From contig CANQGG010000005.1 in NCBI GenBank assembly GCA_947601655.1, forward strand, positions 4,309 to 68,308: DNA of 64,000 nucleotides, in the 5' to 3' direction. Source of the stretch: an uncultured Akkermansia sp. (lineage in GTDB: Bacteria; Verrucomicrobiota; Verrucomicrobiia; Verrucomicrobiales; Akkermansiaceae). The notes beneath the pieces are model-generated. The model had not been told where the DNA came from, ran no database searches, and saw only the letters and a program-made list of their open reading frames with translations. A program made the translations under genes and the position numbers. This document shows positions 48,350 to 57,056 of this stretch, piece after piece (the stretch's first letter is position 1; every line of letters begins with the position of its first letter).

Positions 48350-48913
48350 ATGAAATCACTCCTACTCACACTGATGGCTGCTGCTATGCCGCTCATGGCA
48401 CAGGAAGCAGCGCCGGCCCCCCAGCCTGCGCAGCCCTGCCCCTGCCACAAACCGCACTTCAAGCACATTCTTGCCAAGTTTGATGCAAACAAGGACGGTC
48501 AGCTCGACGACCAGGAAAAGGCTGCCATGAAAGAAGCCTTTGAAGCCCGCAAGGCCGAATTCGAAAAGAAAATTCTCGAAAAGTTTGATGCGAACAAGGA
48601 TGGTCAACTTGATGACCAGGAGAAGGCTGCTATGAAAGAGGCCTTTGAAGCTCGCAAGGCCGAATTCGAAAAGAAGATCCTCGAGAAGTTTGATGCGAAC
48701 AAGGATGGTCAACTTGATGACCAGGAGAAGGCTGCTATGAAGGCAGAATTTGCTGAGCGGCGCGGACCACGCCATCGCGGGCATGGTCCCGCTATGCGCT
48801 CCCCACGCCGTGGTGGCTGCTGCGGCGCTCCTGGTCCCCAGGGACGGCGTCCTGCCCCCCAAGGCTGCCCGTGCTGCGCACCCCCTCCTGCTCCGGATCC
48901 CGCGCAGGACTAA
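48350..48913 (+). CDS. Secreted EF-hand repeat protein
   Basis: Signal peptide; 3x FDANKDGQLDDQE Ca-binding loops. Confidence 0.85.
   Translation: MKSLLLTLMAAAMPLMAQEAAPAPQPAQPCPCHKPHFKHILAKFDANKDGQLDDQEKAAMKEAFEARKAEFEKKILEKFDANKDGQLDDQEKAAMKEAFEARKAEFEKKILEKFDANKDGQLDDQEKAAMKAEFAERRGPRHRGHGPAMRSPRRGGCCGAPGPQGRRPAPQGCPCCAPPPAPDPAQD
48476..48742 (+). repeat. Intragenic 105-bp tandem repeat (~2.6 copies)
   Basis: Units start at 48476, 48581, 48686; each encodes KFDANKDGQLDDQEKAAMKEAFEARKAEFEKKILE. Confidence 0.9.
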
Positions 48914-48945
48914 GCAGTCTTTCACATACGACATATATATTCAAA

Positions 48946-48979
48946 CCGAGCCGCTCACCACAAGCGGCCCGGTTTTTTT
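48946..48979 (+). terminator. Intrinsic terminator
   Basis: CCGAGCCGCT/AGCGGCCCGG stem followed by T7. Confidence 0.75.
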
Positions 48980-49417
48980 CTTCTTCATCACGGGGAGTCA
49001 GCTACCTTGAGCCCTCCTGATGCACTCGCATATTTTTCCCCATCAGCATTCAGAAAAATTTCCTCTTTCTCCTCCGGTAAAACGATCGAAACACTCTCAA
49101 ACAAGAAATATTTAATTCCTCTCGTAAGGAATAAGTGATGACTGTTCGTCCCAATACTCATGATATCCACGAAGGTCATCAAAAACACTGTCTCCGAAAG
49201 AAAAAAGTCCCACTTCTTTAATCTTCCGGGAGGACAAAGCAGATCGTGAAGTGAAGGAAAACGCTTATCCGGGACTGCGGTACTTTTTTATGTGCCCCCG
49301 CAATGTGCCCCTAAATGTGCCCCCTCTTTACCACACACTCCAACCTCTTGCCAGGATAGAAAAACGTCTGTCAGTCGCTTACAACTTCTGACAGACGCCA
49401 AAATACTTGTCTTTTGC

Positions 49418-49491
49418 TTGCGGGAGCAGGATTTGAACCTGCGGCCTTCAGGTTATGAGCCTGACGAGCTACCTGGCTGCTCCATCCCGCG
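49418..49491 (-). tRNA. Initiator tRNA-fMet(CAT), CCA not encoded
   Basis: CGCGGGA/TCCCGCA with C1:A72 mismatch; CTCATAA loop; promoter TTGACA-17-TAGAAT at 49554-49526. Confidence 0.93.
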
Positions 49492-49594
49492 ATTTGATTA
49501 GAGCTGCGCCGCGCACAGCGAGGGGATTCTACTGTTCTTTGAGGGAGATGTCAAGCCAAAAGTTAAATTTTTTCTTGAAAAGGGGAAACGAAGC

Positions 49595-49623
49595 TTGACA
49601 GAGAAAGGGTGAGAGCGTACCAT
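49595..49623 (+). promoter_or_regulatory. gcvTHP promoter (leaderless layout)
   Basis: TTGACA-17-TACCAT, 7 nt before the GTG at 49631. Confidence 0.75.
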
Positions 49624-49630
49624 CTCCGCC

Positions 49631-50713
49631 GTGAGTAACGAAGCAATGAAAAGCACTCCGCTGTGCGGAAAGCACGTACAGCTTGGTGCAAAAATGGTAC
49701 CCTTTGCAGGGTGGAATATGCCGGTACAGTACGACGGCATTTTGGCAGAGCATCACGCCGTACGCACAGATTGCGGCGTGTTTGACATCTCCCACATGGG
49801 ACAGTTCATTGTAACTGGAGCTGGTTCTCAATCATGGCTGAACGGGATGTTCACCAACAATATTGACAAGCTGGTGGATGGAATGGGACAATATTCCATG
49901 ATGCTCAATGATCGTGGTGGAGTGATTGACGATTTGATCATCTACCGCCTGGGAGAAGAAAAATTCTTCGTGGTGGTGAACGCTTCGATGATCGATGAAG
50001 ATTATGCGTGGCTTGTGGCCCACAAACCGGAAGACATCACACTTGAAAATAAAAGCGAGGATTATGTGGGTCTTGCCGTGCAGGGGCCGAAGTGTCAGGA
50101 GGTATTTGCCAGACTATGCCCAGGTGTGCAGCTGCCGGTACGCAACGGGATTCTTCCCTTCACAGCGGAGGGAGATGAGCTGATTGTTTGCCGGACGGGC
50201 TACACCGGTGAGGATGGTTTTGAGTTTTTCTGCCCGGCGGCACACGGGGTGAAATGGTTTGAGAAAGTGATCGCCTGCGGCGCGAAACCCTGCGGTCTTG
50301 GCGCGCGAGACAGTCTGCGTTTGGAAATGTGCTATTCTCTGAACGGCTCCGACCTCTCACCGCAAAAGACGCCGCTGGAAGCGGGACTTTCCTGGTGCTG
50401 TGACTTGACGAAGGATTTTATCGGGGTACAGACCCTGCGCGAGCAGAAAGCAAATGGTCGCCCTACAGCGTTGGTAGCGATCGAATACACCGAAAAGGGT
50501 GCACCTCCCCGCCATGGATACGAAGTTCAGCTGCCGGATGGCACCCCACTGGGTGAACTTTGCAGCGGAGTTCTCTCCCCCACGCTTGGTAAGGGCATCG
50601 CCATGGCCTACGTGCCGACGCAGTACGCAAAAGCCGGCACGGAGGTGCGCGTTATAGTGCGCGGCAAAGGTGTCCCAGCGGTAATCATTAAGAAACCTTT
50701 CCTGAAAAAATAA
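49631..50713 (+). CDS. gcvT: Glycine cleavage system aminomethyltransferase T
   Basis: FAGWNMPVQY, FDISHMG, DDLI, RTGYTGEDGFE, GLGARDSLRLE. Confidence 0.96.
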   Translation: MSNEAMKSTPLCGKHVQLGAKMVPFAGWNMPVQYDGILAEHHAVRTDCGVFDISHMGQFIVTGAGSQSWLNGMFTNNIDKLVDGMGQYSMMLNDRGGVIDDLIIYRLGEEKFFVVVNASMIDEDYAWLVAHKPEDITLENKSEDYVGLAVQGPKCQEVFARLCPGVQLPVRNGILPFTAEGDELIVCRTGYTGEDGFEFFCPAAHGVKWFEKVIACGAKPCGLGARDSLRLEMCYSLNGSDLSPQKTPLEAGLSWCCDLTKDFIGVQTLREQKANGRPTALVAIEYTEKGAPPRHGYEVQLPDGTPLGELCSGVLSPTLGKGIAMAYVPTQYAKAGTEVRVIVRGKGVPAVIIKKPFLKK

Positions 50714-50757
50714 CCTTTCTTCTATTTCCTACAAAATACTCCCAAAAAACAAAAGCC

Positions 50758-51141
50758 ATGAGCAAAGTACCTGCTGAACTTAAATATTCCGCCGAGCATG
50801 AATGGGTAAGCTCCGCCGTGGACGGCGTAGTGACCCTCGGCATCACCGATTTCGCGCAGTCCGAGCTGGGTGATGTGGTCTACGTGGATCTGCCTGAGGT
50901 GGGCAACACCTACGCTGCTGGTGATTCTATCGGCGCGGTGGAGTCCGTGAAAGCTGCTTCCGACATTTACACTCCGGTGTCCGGCGAGATTGTGGAAGTC
51001 AATGAAGAGCTGAGCAATGATCCTGCCATCGTCAACCGTGATGCGTTTGTGGCCGGCTGGATCTGCAAGATCCGCCTCAATGCTCCGGATGAGCTGGACG
51101 GTCTTATGGATGCTGCAGCCTACACCGACTTCTGCAAGTAA
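50758..51141 (+). CDS. gcvH: Glycine cleavage system H protein
   Basis: HEW, GITDFAQSELGDVVY, ESVKAASD lipoyl-Lys. Confidence 0.96.
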   Translation: MSKVPAELKYSAEHEWVSSAVDGVVTLGITDFAQSELGDVVYVDLPEVGNTYAAGDSIGAVESVKAASDIYTPVSGEIVEVNEELSNDPAIVNRDAFVAGWICKIRLNAPDELDGLMDAAAYTDFCK

Positions 51142-51228
51142 GAGATGATTTTGAAGTGAGGTGCAGGAGCAGACTTTCATGAGTGCTGCTCCTGCGCTTC
51201 ATTTATAGATGAAACAACAATACCTGTT

Positions 51229-54039
51229 ATGATCAGCGCCCAACAATCTTTTATCCCCCGCCACCTCGGACCATCTGAGTCCGAGATTCAAGCTATGCTA
51301 CGGGAACTCGGCTTCGACAGTCTTGAAAGCATGACAGCAGCCGTCGTGCCCGCAGATATCCGCCTGAAGCAACCGTTGAATTTGCCCGCGCCTCTGCCGG
51401 AGCAGGATGCCCTGAGCAAACTCAGGAAAATTCTTGCGGCCAACAAGCCGGCGAAAAGTCTTATTGGTCAGGGGTATTTCGGAGCTTATATGCCGGCGGT
51501 TATCCAGCGTAATGTGTACGAAAACCCGGGTTGGTACACGGCATATACACCGTACCAGCCGGAAATAGCGCAGGGACGCCTGGAGATGCTCATGAATTTC
51601 CAGACGATGATCGCCGGGCTGACGGGACTGCCGATCGCGAATGCTTCCATGCTGGATGAAGGTACAGCCGCGGCGGAGGCGGTGCACCTTTGCATGAGTT
51701 CGAAAAATAGTGCGCGTTCCTTCTTTGTGGCAGATTCCTGCTACCCGCAGACGATCGATGTGATCCGCACACGTTGCGAAACCACGGGGGTAGACCTCAT
51801 CGTGGGTGATTGGAAAGAGTTTGACCCCGCCTCGGTCTCCGGGTTGGCGGGGGTGCTTGTGCAGTACCCGGATAATCTCGGCAGTGTGGAGGACTACGCT
51901 GCGTTCTTCGAGCGCTGCCATGCCGTGCGTGCTCTCTGCTGCGTGGCGGCGGACATCCTGGCTCTCACCAAGCTTCGTGAGCCCGGATCTTTCGGTGCGG
52001 ATATCTGTGTGGGTTCCACACAACGCTTCGGCATCCCTATGGGCTACGGAGGTCCCGCTGCAGCTTTCATGGCCTGCACGGATGCTCTCAAGCGCAAGCT
52101 GCCGGGACGTTTCATCGGACGCTCCGTGGACCGCGATGGCAAGCCTGCGTACCGCCTGGCCTTGCAAACCCGCGAGCAACATATTCGCCGCGAAAAAGCG
52201 ACCTCCAACATCTGCACGGCGCAGGTACTCACGGCTCTGTTGAGCACCTTCTGCGCAATGTACCACGGACCGGAGGGCATGCAGTTTATTGCCGGCACGG
52301 CGCAGCGACTCGCCGCTGCTTTCGCCGCCTCGGTGAGTGCGGTGAGCGAGCTGCGGATTATTTGCCCACGCTTTTTCGATACGGTGGCAGTGAGCACCGG
52401 GAAACAGGCGGATCATTTCGTGGCTGCCGCTCTGAGCGCCGGGTACAATATTCGCAAGGTGGATGAGGACATCGTGAGTGTTTCTTTCGACGAGACCTGC
52501 ACGGATGAAGATTACATCGCGCTCTGCGGGGTGTTTGGCGCAAAGCCGGGAGAGATCGGCGAGGCTCCGGCAGATGAACGCACGATGCCCTTCTGCACAG
52601 AAAAATGCTTCCACCTTTTCCACTCGGAAACAGAGATGATGCGCTATATCCACGGGTTGGAGAGCAAGGATCTCGCGCTCAATGAGGCAATGATTCCTCT
52701 GGGTTCTTGCACTATGAAGGCCAACTGCGCCGCCGCAATGATGCCCATCACCTGGGATGAAGTGACGCAGCTGCACCCCTTTGCCCCGGCAGATCAATGT
52801 GCAGGGATGCGCGCAATGCTTCTGCAACTGGAGGATTGGCTGGCGACGATTACCGGGTTTTCCGCTGTCTGCTTGCAGCCGAACTCTGGCGCGGCGGGTG
52901 AGTACGCCGGATTGCTGACGATCCATCGTTACCAGGCAGCTCATGGCGAGGGACATCGTCACGTCTGTCTCATCCCGACGTCGGCACACGGCACCAACCC
53001 CGCTTCCTCTGCGATGGCGGGTTTCACCGTGGTGCCGGTGAAGTGCGACGAACAGGGTAATATCGATATAGATGATTTGCGTGCTCAGGCCTCTGCTCAC
53101 CGTGATGAACTTGCAGCTCTGATGGTGACCTACCCCTCCACCCACGGGGTATACGAAAAAAGCATTGCAGATATCTGTGCAATTGTCCACGCCAACGGCG
53201 GACAAGTTTACATGGACGGCGCCAATATGAACGCCCAATGCGGTCTCACGAATCCGGCCACCATCGGCGCAGACATCTGCCACCTGAACCTGCATAAGAC
53301 CTTTGCGATGCCGCACGGCGGCGGCGGTCCCGGTGTGGGACCCATCTGCTGCGCCGAGCATCTCGCGCCTTTCCTGCCGGGGCACACCGCCGATTCCCGC
53401 GGTCGCAACCAGGGAGCGGTGAGTTCAGCGGAGTTTGGGTCGGCATCCCTCGCGCCGATCACATGGATGTATATCGCGATGATGGGGGAGGAAGGCCTGC
53501 GCAAGGCGTCACAGGTCGCGATTCTGAATGCCAATTACGTCTCACACAAGCTGGCAGACTTCTTCCCGACTCTCTATTCTGGAGAAGATGGACTGGTGGC
53601 TCATGAGTGCATCCTCGATACGCGCCCGATGCTTGCCAAGAGTGGTCTCACCATTGACGACATGGCGAAACGCCTGATGGATTACGGCTTCCATGCTCCG
53701 ACAATGAGCTTCCCGGTGCACGATACGCTGATGGTGGAGCCTACGGAATCTGAGAGCAAGGGCGAGCTGGATCGCTTCGTGGAAGCGATGATCGGGATCC
53801 ACCGCGAGATGAATGCCGTGGCAGATGGGGTGATGCCGCTTGCGGACAATGTGCTTTCCAATGCTCCGCACACGGTGCAGGAAGTCTGCGCCGACAGCTG
53901 GAAGCACGAATACTCCCGCAGCGCTGCCGCGTTCCCTGTGGAGAGCTTGCGCCGCCATAAATTCTGGCCTTCCTGCTCCCGCGTGGACAACACTTACGGT
54001 GATCGCAACTTCTGCTGTACCTGCGACACGATCGAGTAA
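51229..54039 (+). CDS. gcvP: Glycine dehydrogenase (decarboxylating), single chain
   Basis: YTPYQPEIAQGRLE, IRREKATSNICTAQ, PLGSCTMK, HLNLHKTF, TESESK.ELDRF. Confidence 0.97.
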   Translation: MISAQQSFIPRHLGPSESEIQAMLRELGFDSLESMTAAVVPADIRLKQPLNLPAPLPEQDALSKLRKILAANKPAKSLIGQGYFGAYMPAVIQRNVYENPGWYTAYTPYQPEIAQGRLEMLMNFQTMIAGLTGLPIANASMLDEGTAAAEAVHLCMSSKNSARSFFVADSCYPQTIDVIRTRCETTGVDLIVGDWKEFDPASVSGLAGVLVQYPDNLGSVEDYAAFFERCHAVRALCCVAADILALTKLREPGSFGADICVGSTQRFGIPMGYGGPAAAFMACTDALKRKLPGRFIGRSVDRDGKPAYRLALQTREQHIRREKATSNICTAQVLTALLSTFCAMYHGPEGMQFIAGTAQRLAAAFAASVSAVSELRIICPRFFDTVAVSTGKQADHFVAAALSAGYNIRKVDEDIVSVSFDETCTDEDYIALCGVFGAKPGEIGEAPADERTMPFCTEKCFHLFHSETEMMRYIHGLESKDLALNEAMIPLGSCTMKANCAAAMMPITWDEVTQLHPFAPADQCAGMRAMLLQLEDWLATITGFSAVCLQPNSGAAGEYAGLLTIHRYQAAHGEGHRHVCLIPTSAHGTNPASSAMAGFTVVPVKCDEQGNIDIDDLRAQASAHRDELAALMVTYPSTHGVYEKSIADICAIVHANGGQVYMDGANMNAQCGLTNPATIGADICHLNLHKTFAMPHGGGGPGVGPICCAEHLAPFLPGHTADSRGRNQGAVSSAEFGSASLAPITWMYIAMMGEEGLRKASQVAILNANYVSHKLADFFPTLYSGEDGLVAHECILDTRPMLAKSGLTIDDMAKRLMDYGFHAPTMSFPVHDTLMVEPTESESKGELDRFVEAMIGIHREMNAVADGVMPLADNVLSNAPHTVQEVCADSWKHEYSRSAAAFPVESLRRHKFWPSCSRVDNTYGDRNFCCTCDTIE

Positions 54040-54067
54040 CGAACGCACAAAATCAAGTCATTCCACA

Positions 54068-54101
54068 GCTCGCAGGGCGCCCCGCCTTGCGAGCCTTTTT
54101 T
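54068..54101 (+). terminator. gcv operon terminator
   Basis: GCTCGCAGGGCG/CGCCTTGCGAGC stem followed by T-run. Confidence 0.8.
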
Positions 54102-54575
54102 TGCGAAGTTCTCCCCTGCTCTCCTATTCCACGCAGCCCTTGAGAAAACTCCTGATTCTAACATTCACCAACTCAATGCAGCAAGATCTGACGTCAAGCA
54201 TCCAAGACAAACGCATTTGAGAGAAGTGAAGCAACAGAGAAAATACTCTTGTTAACTGATATCATCGTTGATACGCACCAAAAATCATGACAGCAAGCGG
54301 TCAATCATGATGAGGGCTCTCAAGAAGTCCCTGCACACGTTCATCATTCAAAAAAAACTGCGCAACACGCACATTATCAATACATGGTACATGAGCAAAC
54401 GCATTTCAAATGCATTTACCCTGGTCAAGCACCTAATTTGAAACGTCCTCAACAACTAACTGAATCATGGATTTTCTCAATTACAGGGATACCTCCACGA
54501 ATACGAGGAACGGCAAAGGAACGAGGCAGCCCGCTCCCTAAACATCCGGACAACGCTCCTCCATGCAAACCTGAC

Positions 54576-55892
54576 TCATTTGCGACGACTGCCGACTTGT
54601 TTCTTAGGCGACAGGTGAAGCTTCACCTGAAACACCTTGTTAGCTTCTGCGTCTCCCCAGCTCTCGCATGTCATCACGCCGGAGAGCGTCCCATCCGGCA
54701 TCAGTGAGAGACGCATAAGCGCATCCTTAGCATCAAAAACCTCCGCCGTCTGCACATCCGGATCATAGCGTCCATGGAAAATACGAACCACACAAGGAAT
54801 CGCCTCTCCGGGTTTGGTCGGTTCAGCGCGCCCCGTCACCTGCATTTCCACTTGCGGCAAGTCGGTATCGCTCAATGTGCCAACAAACTGGAACGCCTCC
54901 GGGAACACTTTTCCCCTGGAGACGCGAAGAGAAAACTTACCAAAAGCATCTCCCCTCTTCCACTCTCCCTCATAGAGCGCAGCATCGTAAAGCAAGTCTG
55001 CGCAGGTCTTTTCCCATGCTGCTCGAGCTTCCTCCCGTTGCTGCGCACGCTTCTCAGCCTCCTCACGCTCGGATTGCATCCTCAACAAGGTCTCACGCGC
55101 AGTCTGTTCCCGCCCCCTGATATAAGGCTGCGCAGCAGCGCAAAATGCCTTTATCTTTGCCTGTAATTCGCTGCGCACTCGCTCCTCAAACCCGGCGGTA
55201 TAAATAACGGCGCCCTGAGGGAGAGTCTGAGAGGCTATCATGGGCTGCAGAGCCTTTAGAGGCGCCGCGTCAAAATTGACATCACTGAAACTCCATCGTC
55301 CGTCCTTTTCGGTTGCACGCATGGTGACGGGAATCTCCACCACCGTATTCACCGGAGTGTGAAGGTGGTAGAGAGGACGCTGCGCAAGCTCCTGCACTGC
55401 ATCGGCTATGCTCTGCAACTCCGGAGGCAGCGGCTTCACTTCTCGATCTTCATCCCTCAGCGAATCAGCCTGCGCCCCAACCTGCAGCAAAAAATGAGCA
55501 TCCGGCAGCATAGCCTGATTCATTACCCGATTGATTTGCTTACGATCCTCATCAAAATTCCTCGGAGATTCCTCTGCTTCGTACAAATCTTCCTGCACCC
55601 GCAACAACGCACGCGCCGCGATCTGAACAGATCCATCCTCCTCCGCTTTCATGTCCATCTTCAATTCCTCCAGCTGCACCATGGGATAATCCGCCAACAA
55701 AGGCAAGATTTGTTCGCGCACCAGAGACTCCTCAGGCGCAGCCGGCTGCACATGCTCCATGGGGAGTTGCAAAACCCCATCATTAGCATCCGCCTTCTCA
55801 GGCTTCTCCTTCTGCTGATCCTCTCGACACGCCGACGGCAGGAGAGCGCAAAGCAGGACACATGCTGCCACCCTGACCCATCGCTTCGTCAT
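54576..55892 (-). CDS. Hypothetical lipoprotein
   Basis: 438-aa ORF; signal peptide ending LPSAC. Confidence 0.7.
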   Translation of the reverse strand: MTKRWVRVAACVLLCALLPSACREDQQKEKPEKADANDGVLQLPMEHVQPAAPEESLVREQILPLLADYPMVQLEELKMDMKAEEDGSVQIAARALLRVQEDLYEAEESPRNFDEDRKQINRVMNQAMLPDAHFLLQVGAQADSLRDEDREVKPLPPELQSIADAVQELAQRPLYHLHTPVNTVVEIPVTMRATEKDGRWSFSDVNFDAAPLKALQPMIASQTLPQGAVIYTAGFEERVRSELQAKIKAFCAAAQPYIRGREQTARETLLRMQSEREEAEKRAQQREEARAAWEKTCADLLYDAALYEGEWKRGDAFGKFSLRVSRGKVFPEAFQFVGTLSDTDLPQVEMQVTGRAEPTKPGEAIPCVVRIFHGRYDPDVQTAEVFDAKDALMRLSLMPDGTLSGVMTCESWGDAEANKVFQVKLHLSPKKQVGSRRK

Positions 55893-55906
55893 CCGTCCCT
55901 CTGTGT

Positions 55907-56530
55907 TTAATTGGTCTCTGCAGCGTTGCTTTCCACAGCGTCGTCACTCACAATTCCAGGAAGATAATTGCCTGTACGCTGCCAGTGATGCAACGCAATT
56001 CCGGCGTAAAACGCTACAATGAAAAGGATGATAACGTACAAGGTCTTTGCCAATCCGCCCCCGGCCCCGGGACGCTTGTATTTAGCCGCCATGGTCTTGA
56101 GTTGCTTGGCATCCAGCGCCGCCCCCTTTGCCGTCGCTGTGCTCCGACGCAGTGGACTCTTCTTCGCGGCGCCGGGTCGTCCGGTTGCCTGCTGCTGCGG
56201 AGCCGTTGCGTCTCCCTGTGGATAAGGCGCATTCGTCTGCGGATCATAACACACCCCGACCGTACCAAGCACGTAATCAACGCCCGGCATCATGTACTCC
56301 GCCTGCACAGGTCTCCCGTTCTGGAAGACCCCATACCCGCTCTGCAGGTCCTCAATAACATACCCTTCCGGCTGACACACCACACGCGCATGAACCGGCG
56401 CTACCCCGGACTCTGCCGGTAATAAAACCGAGCTCGTGGGAGCACTCCCTAGTACGACCTCCGTCCCCGGCTCCACCGGCAACTCAAAAGCGTACACCTG
56501 ATTCTGATTCTTGATGTAGATGCGTGGCAT
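55907..56530 (-). CDS. FHA-domain protein with C-terminal TM helix
   Basis: VLGSAP, VAPVHAR, IEDLQSGYGVFQNG; TM near C-terminus. Confidence 0.75.
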   Translation of the reverse strand: MPRIYIKNQNQVYAFELPVEPGTEVVLGSAPTSSVLLPAESGVAPVHARVVCQPEGYVIEDLQSGYGVFQNGRPVQAEYMMPGVDYVLGTVGVCYDPQTNAPYPQGDATAPQQQATGRPGAAKKSPLRRSTATAKGAALDAKQLKTMAAKYKRPGAGGGLAKTLYVIILFIVAFYAGIALHHWQRTGNYLPGIVSDDAVESNAAETN

Positions 56531-56671
56531 ACTTCTGTAACTCTCCGCCGAGTATACCACAGTCCCCCCCTCCCCTTGCAAGCGCAAATAATCATTCTTT
56601 CCTCATCTCTGCGAGAAAAATAGTCACTCTGCCCTGGAATCTGATCCCCATCGATCCCCTCCAACCGCACA

Positions 56672-56901
56672 AAACGAGCCATGCAGTCGATAAACTGCAT
56701 GACCCAGCCAATCGGGCAAGCGGGATTCTACCCGTCCCTGCTGACCGCTCCGCGGTTTCCCTCGCAGAAGTTTCTGCTCGGCAGCAGGGGCGACGCTCCA
56801 CCGCGTCGCTCCCACTCGGGGTCGTGGGTTCGAATCCCGTAAACAAACGAGCCATGCAGTCGATAAACTGCATGACCCGGCCAATCGGGCAAGCGGGATT
56901 C
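56672..56901 (-). mobile_element. 173-bp non-coding palindromic element at the tRNA-Pro 3' end, bounded by 57-bp direct repeats
   Basis: 56672-56728 and 56845-56901 are 56/57 identical (tRNA 3' 17 nt plus terminator); internal 22-nt inverted tRNA T-arm copy at 56818-56839; mobility is inferred. Confidence 0.65.
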
Positions 56902-56958
56902 GAACCCACGACCCCTTGCACCCCATGCAAGTGCGCTACCAGACTGCGCTACTGCCCG
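56885..56958 (-). tRNA. tRNA-Pro(GGG), CCA not encoded
   Basis: CGGGCAG/TTGCCCG acceptor, CTTGC-ATGGGGT-GCAAG anticodon arm; promoter TTGACA-17-TATACT at 57025-56997. Confidence 0.95.
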
Positions 56959-57056
56959 TTTGAATAGAAAGCCTGAAGAACAAAGCTGACGGACGGAGTA
57001 TAGTGGCGGATTTTGCTGTTGTCAACACATTTTTTTCATGCTAAACTCGCTGCGCT

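Noticed and set aside
48476-48742. Regular repeats as a possible CRISPR array
   Set aside because: In-frame 105-bp coding tandem with no unique spacers; no cas genes in the window
51298-53385. Long antisense ORFs (also 2524-3585, 59764-61497, 35984-36916 and others)
   Set aside because: Shadows of well-conserved genes on the other strand or frame in GC-rich DNA; no motifs or promoters
54391-54441. 16-codon ORF MSKRISNAFTLVKHLI, resembling a type IV prepilin N-terminus
   Set aside because: Too short, lacks Glu5 and the hydrophobic helix; chance cannot be excluded
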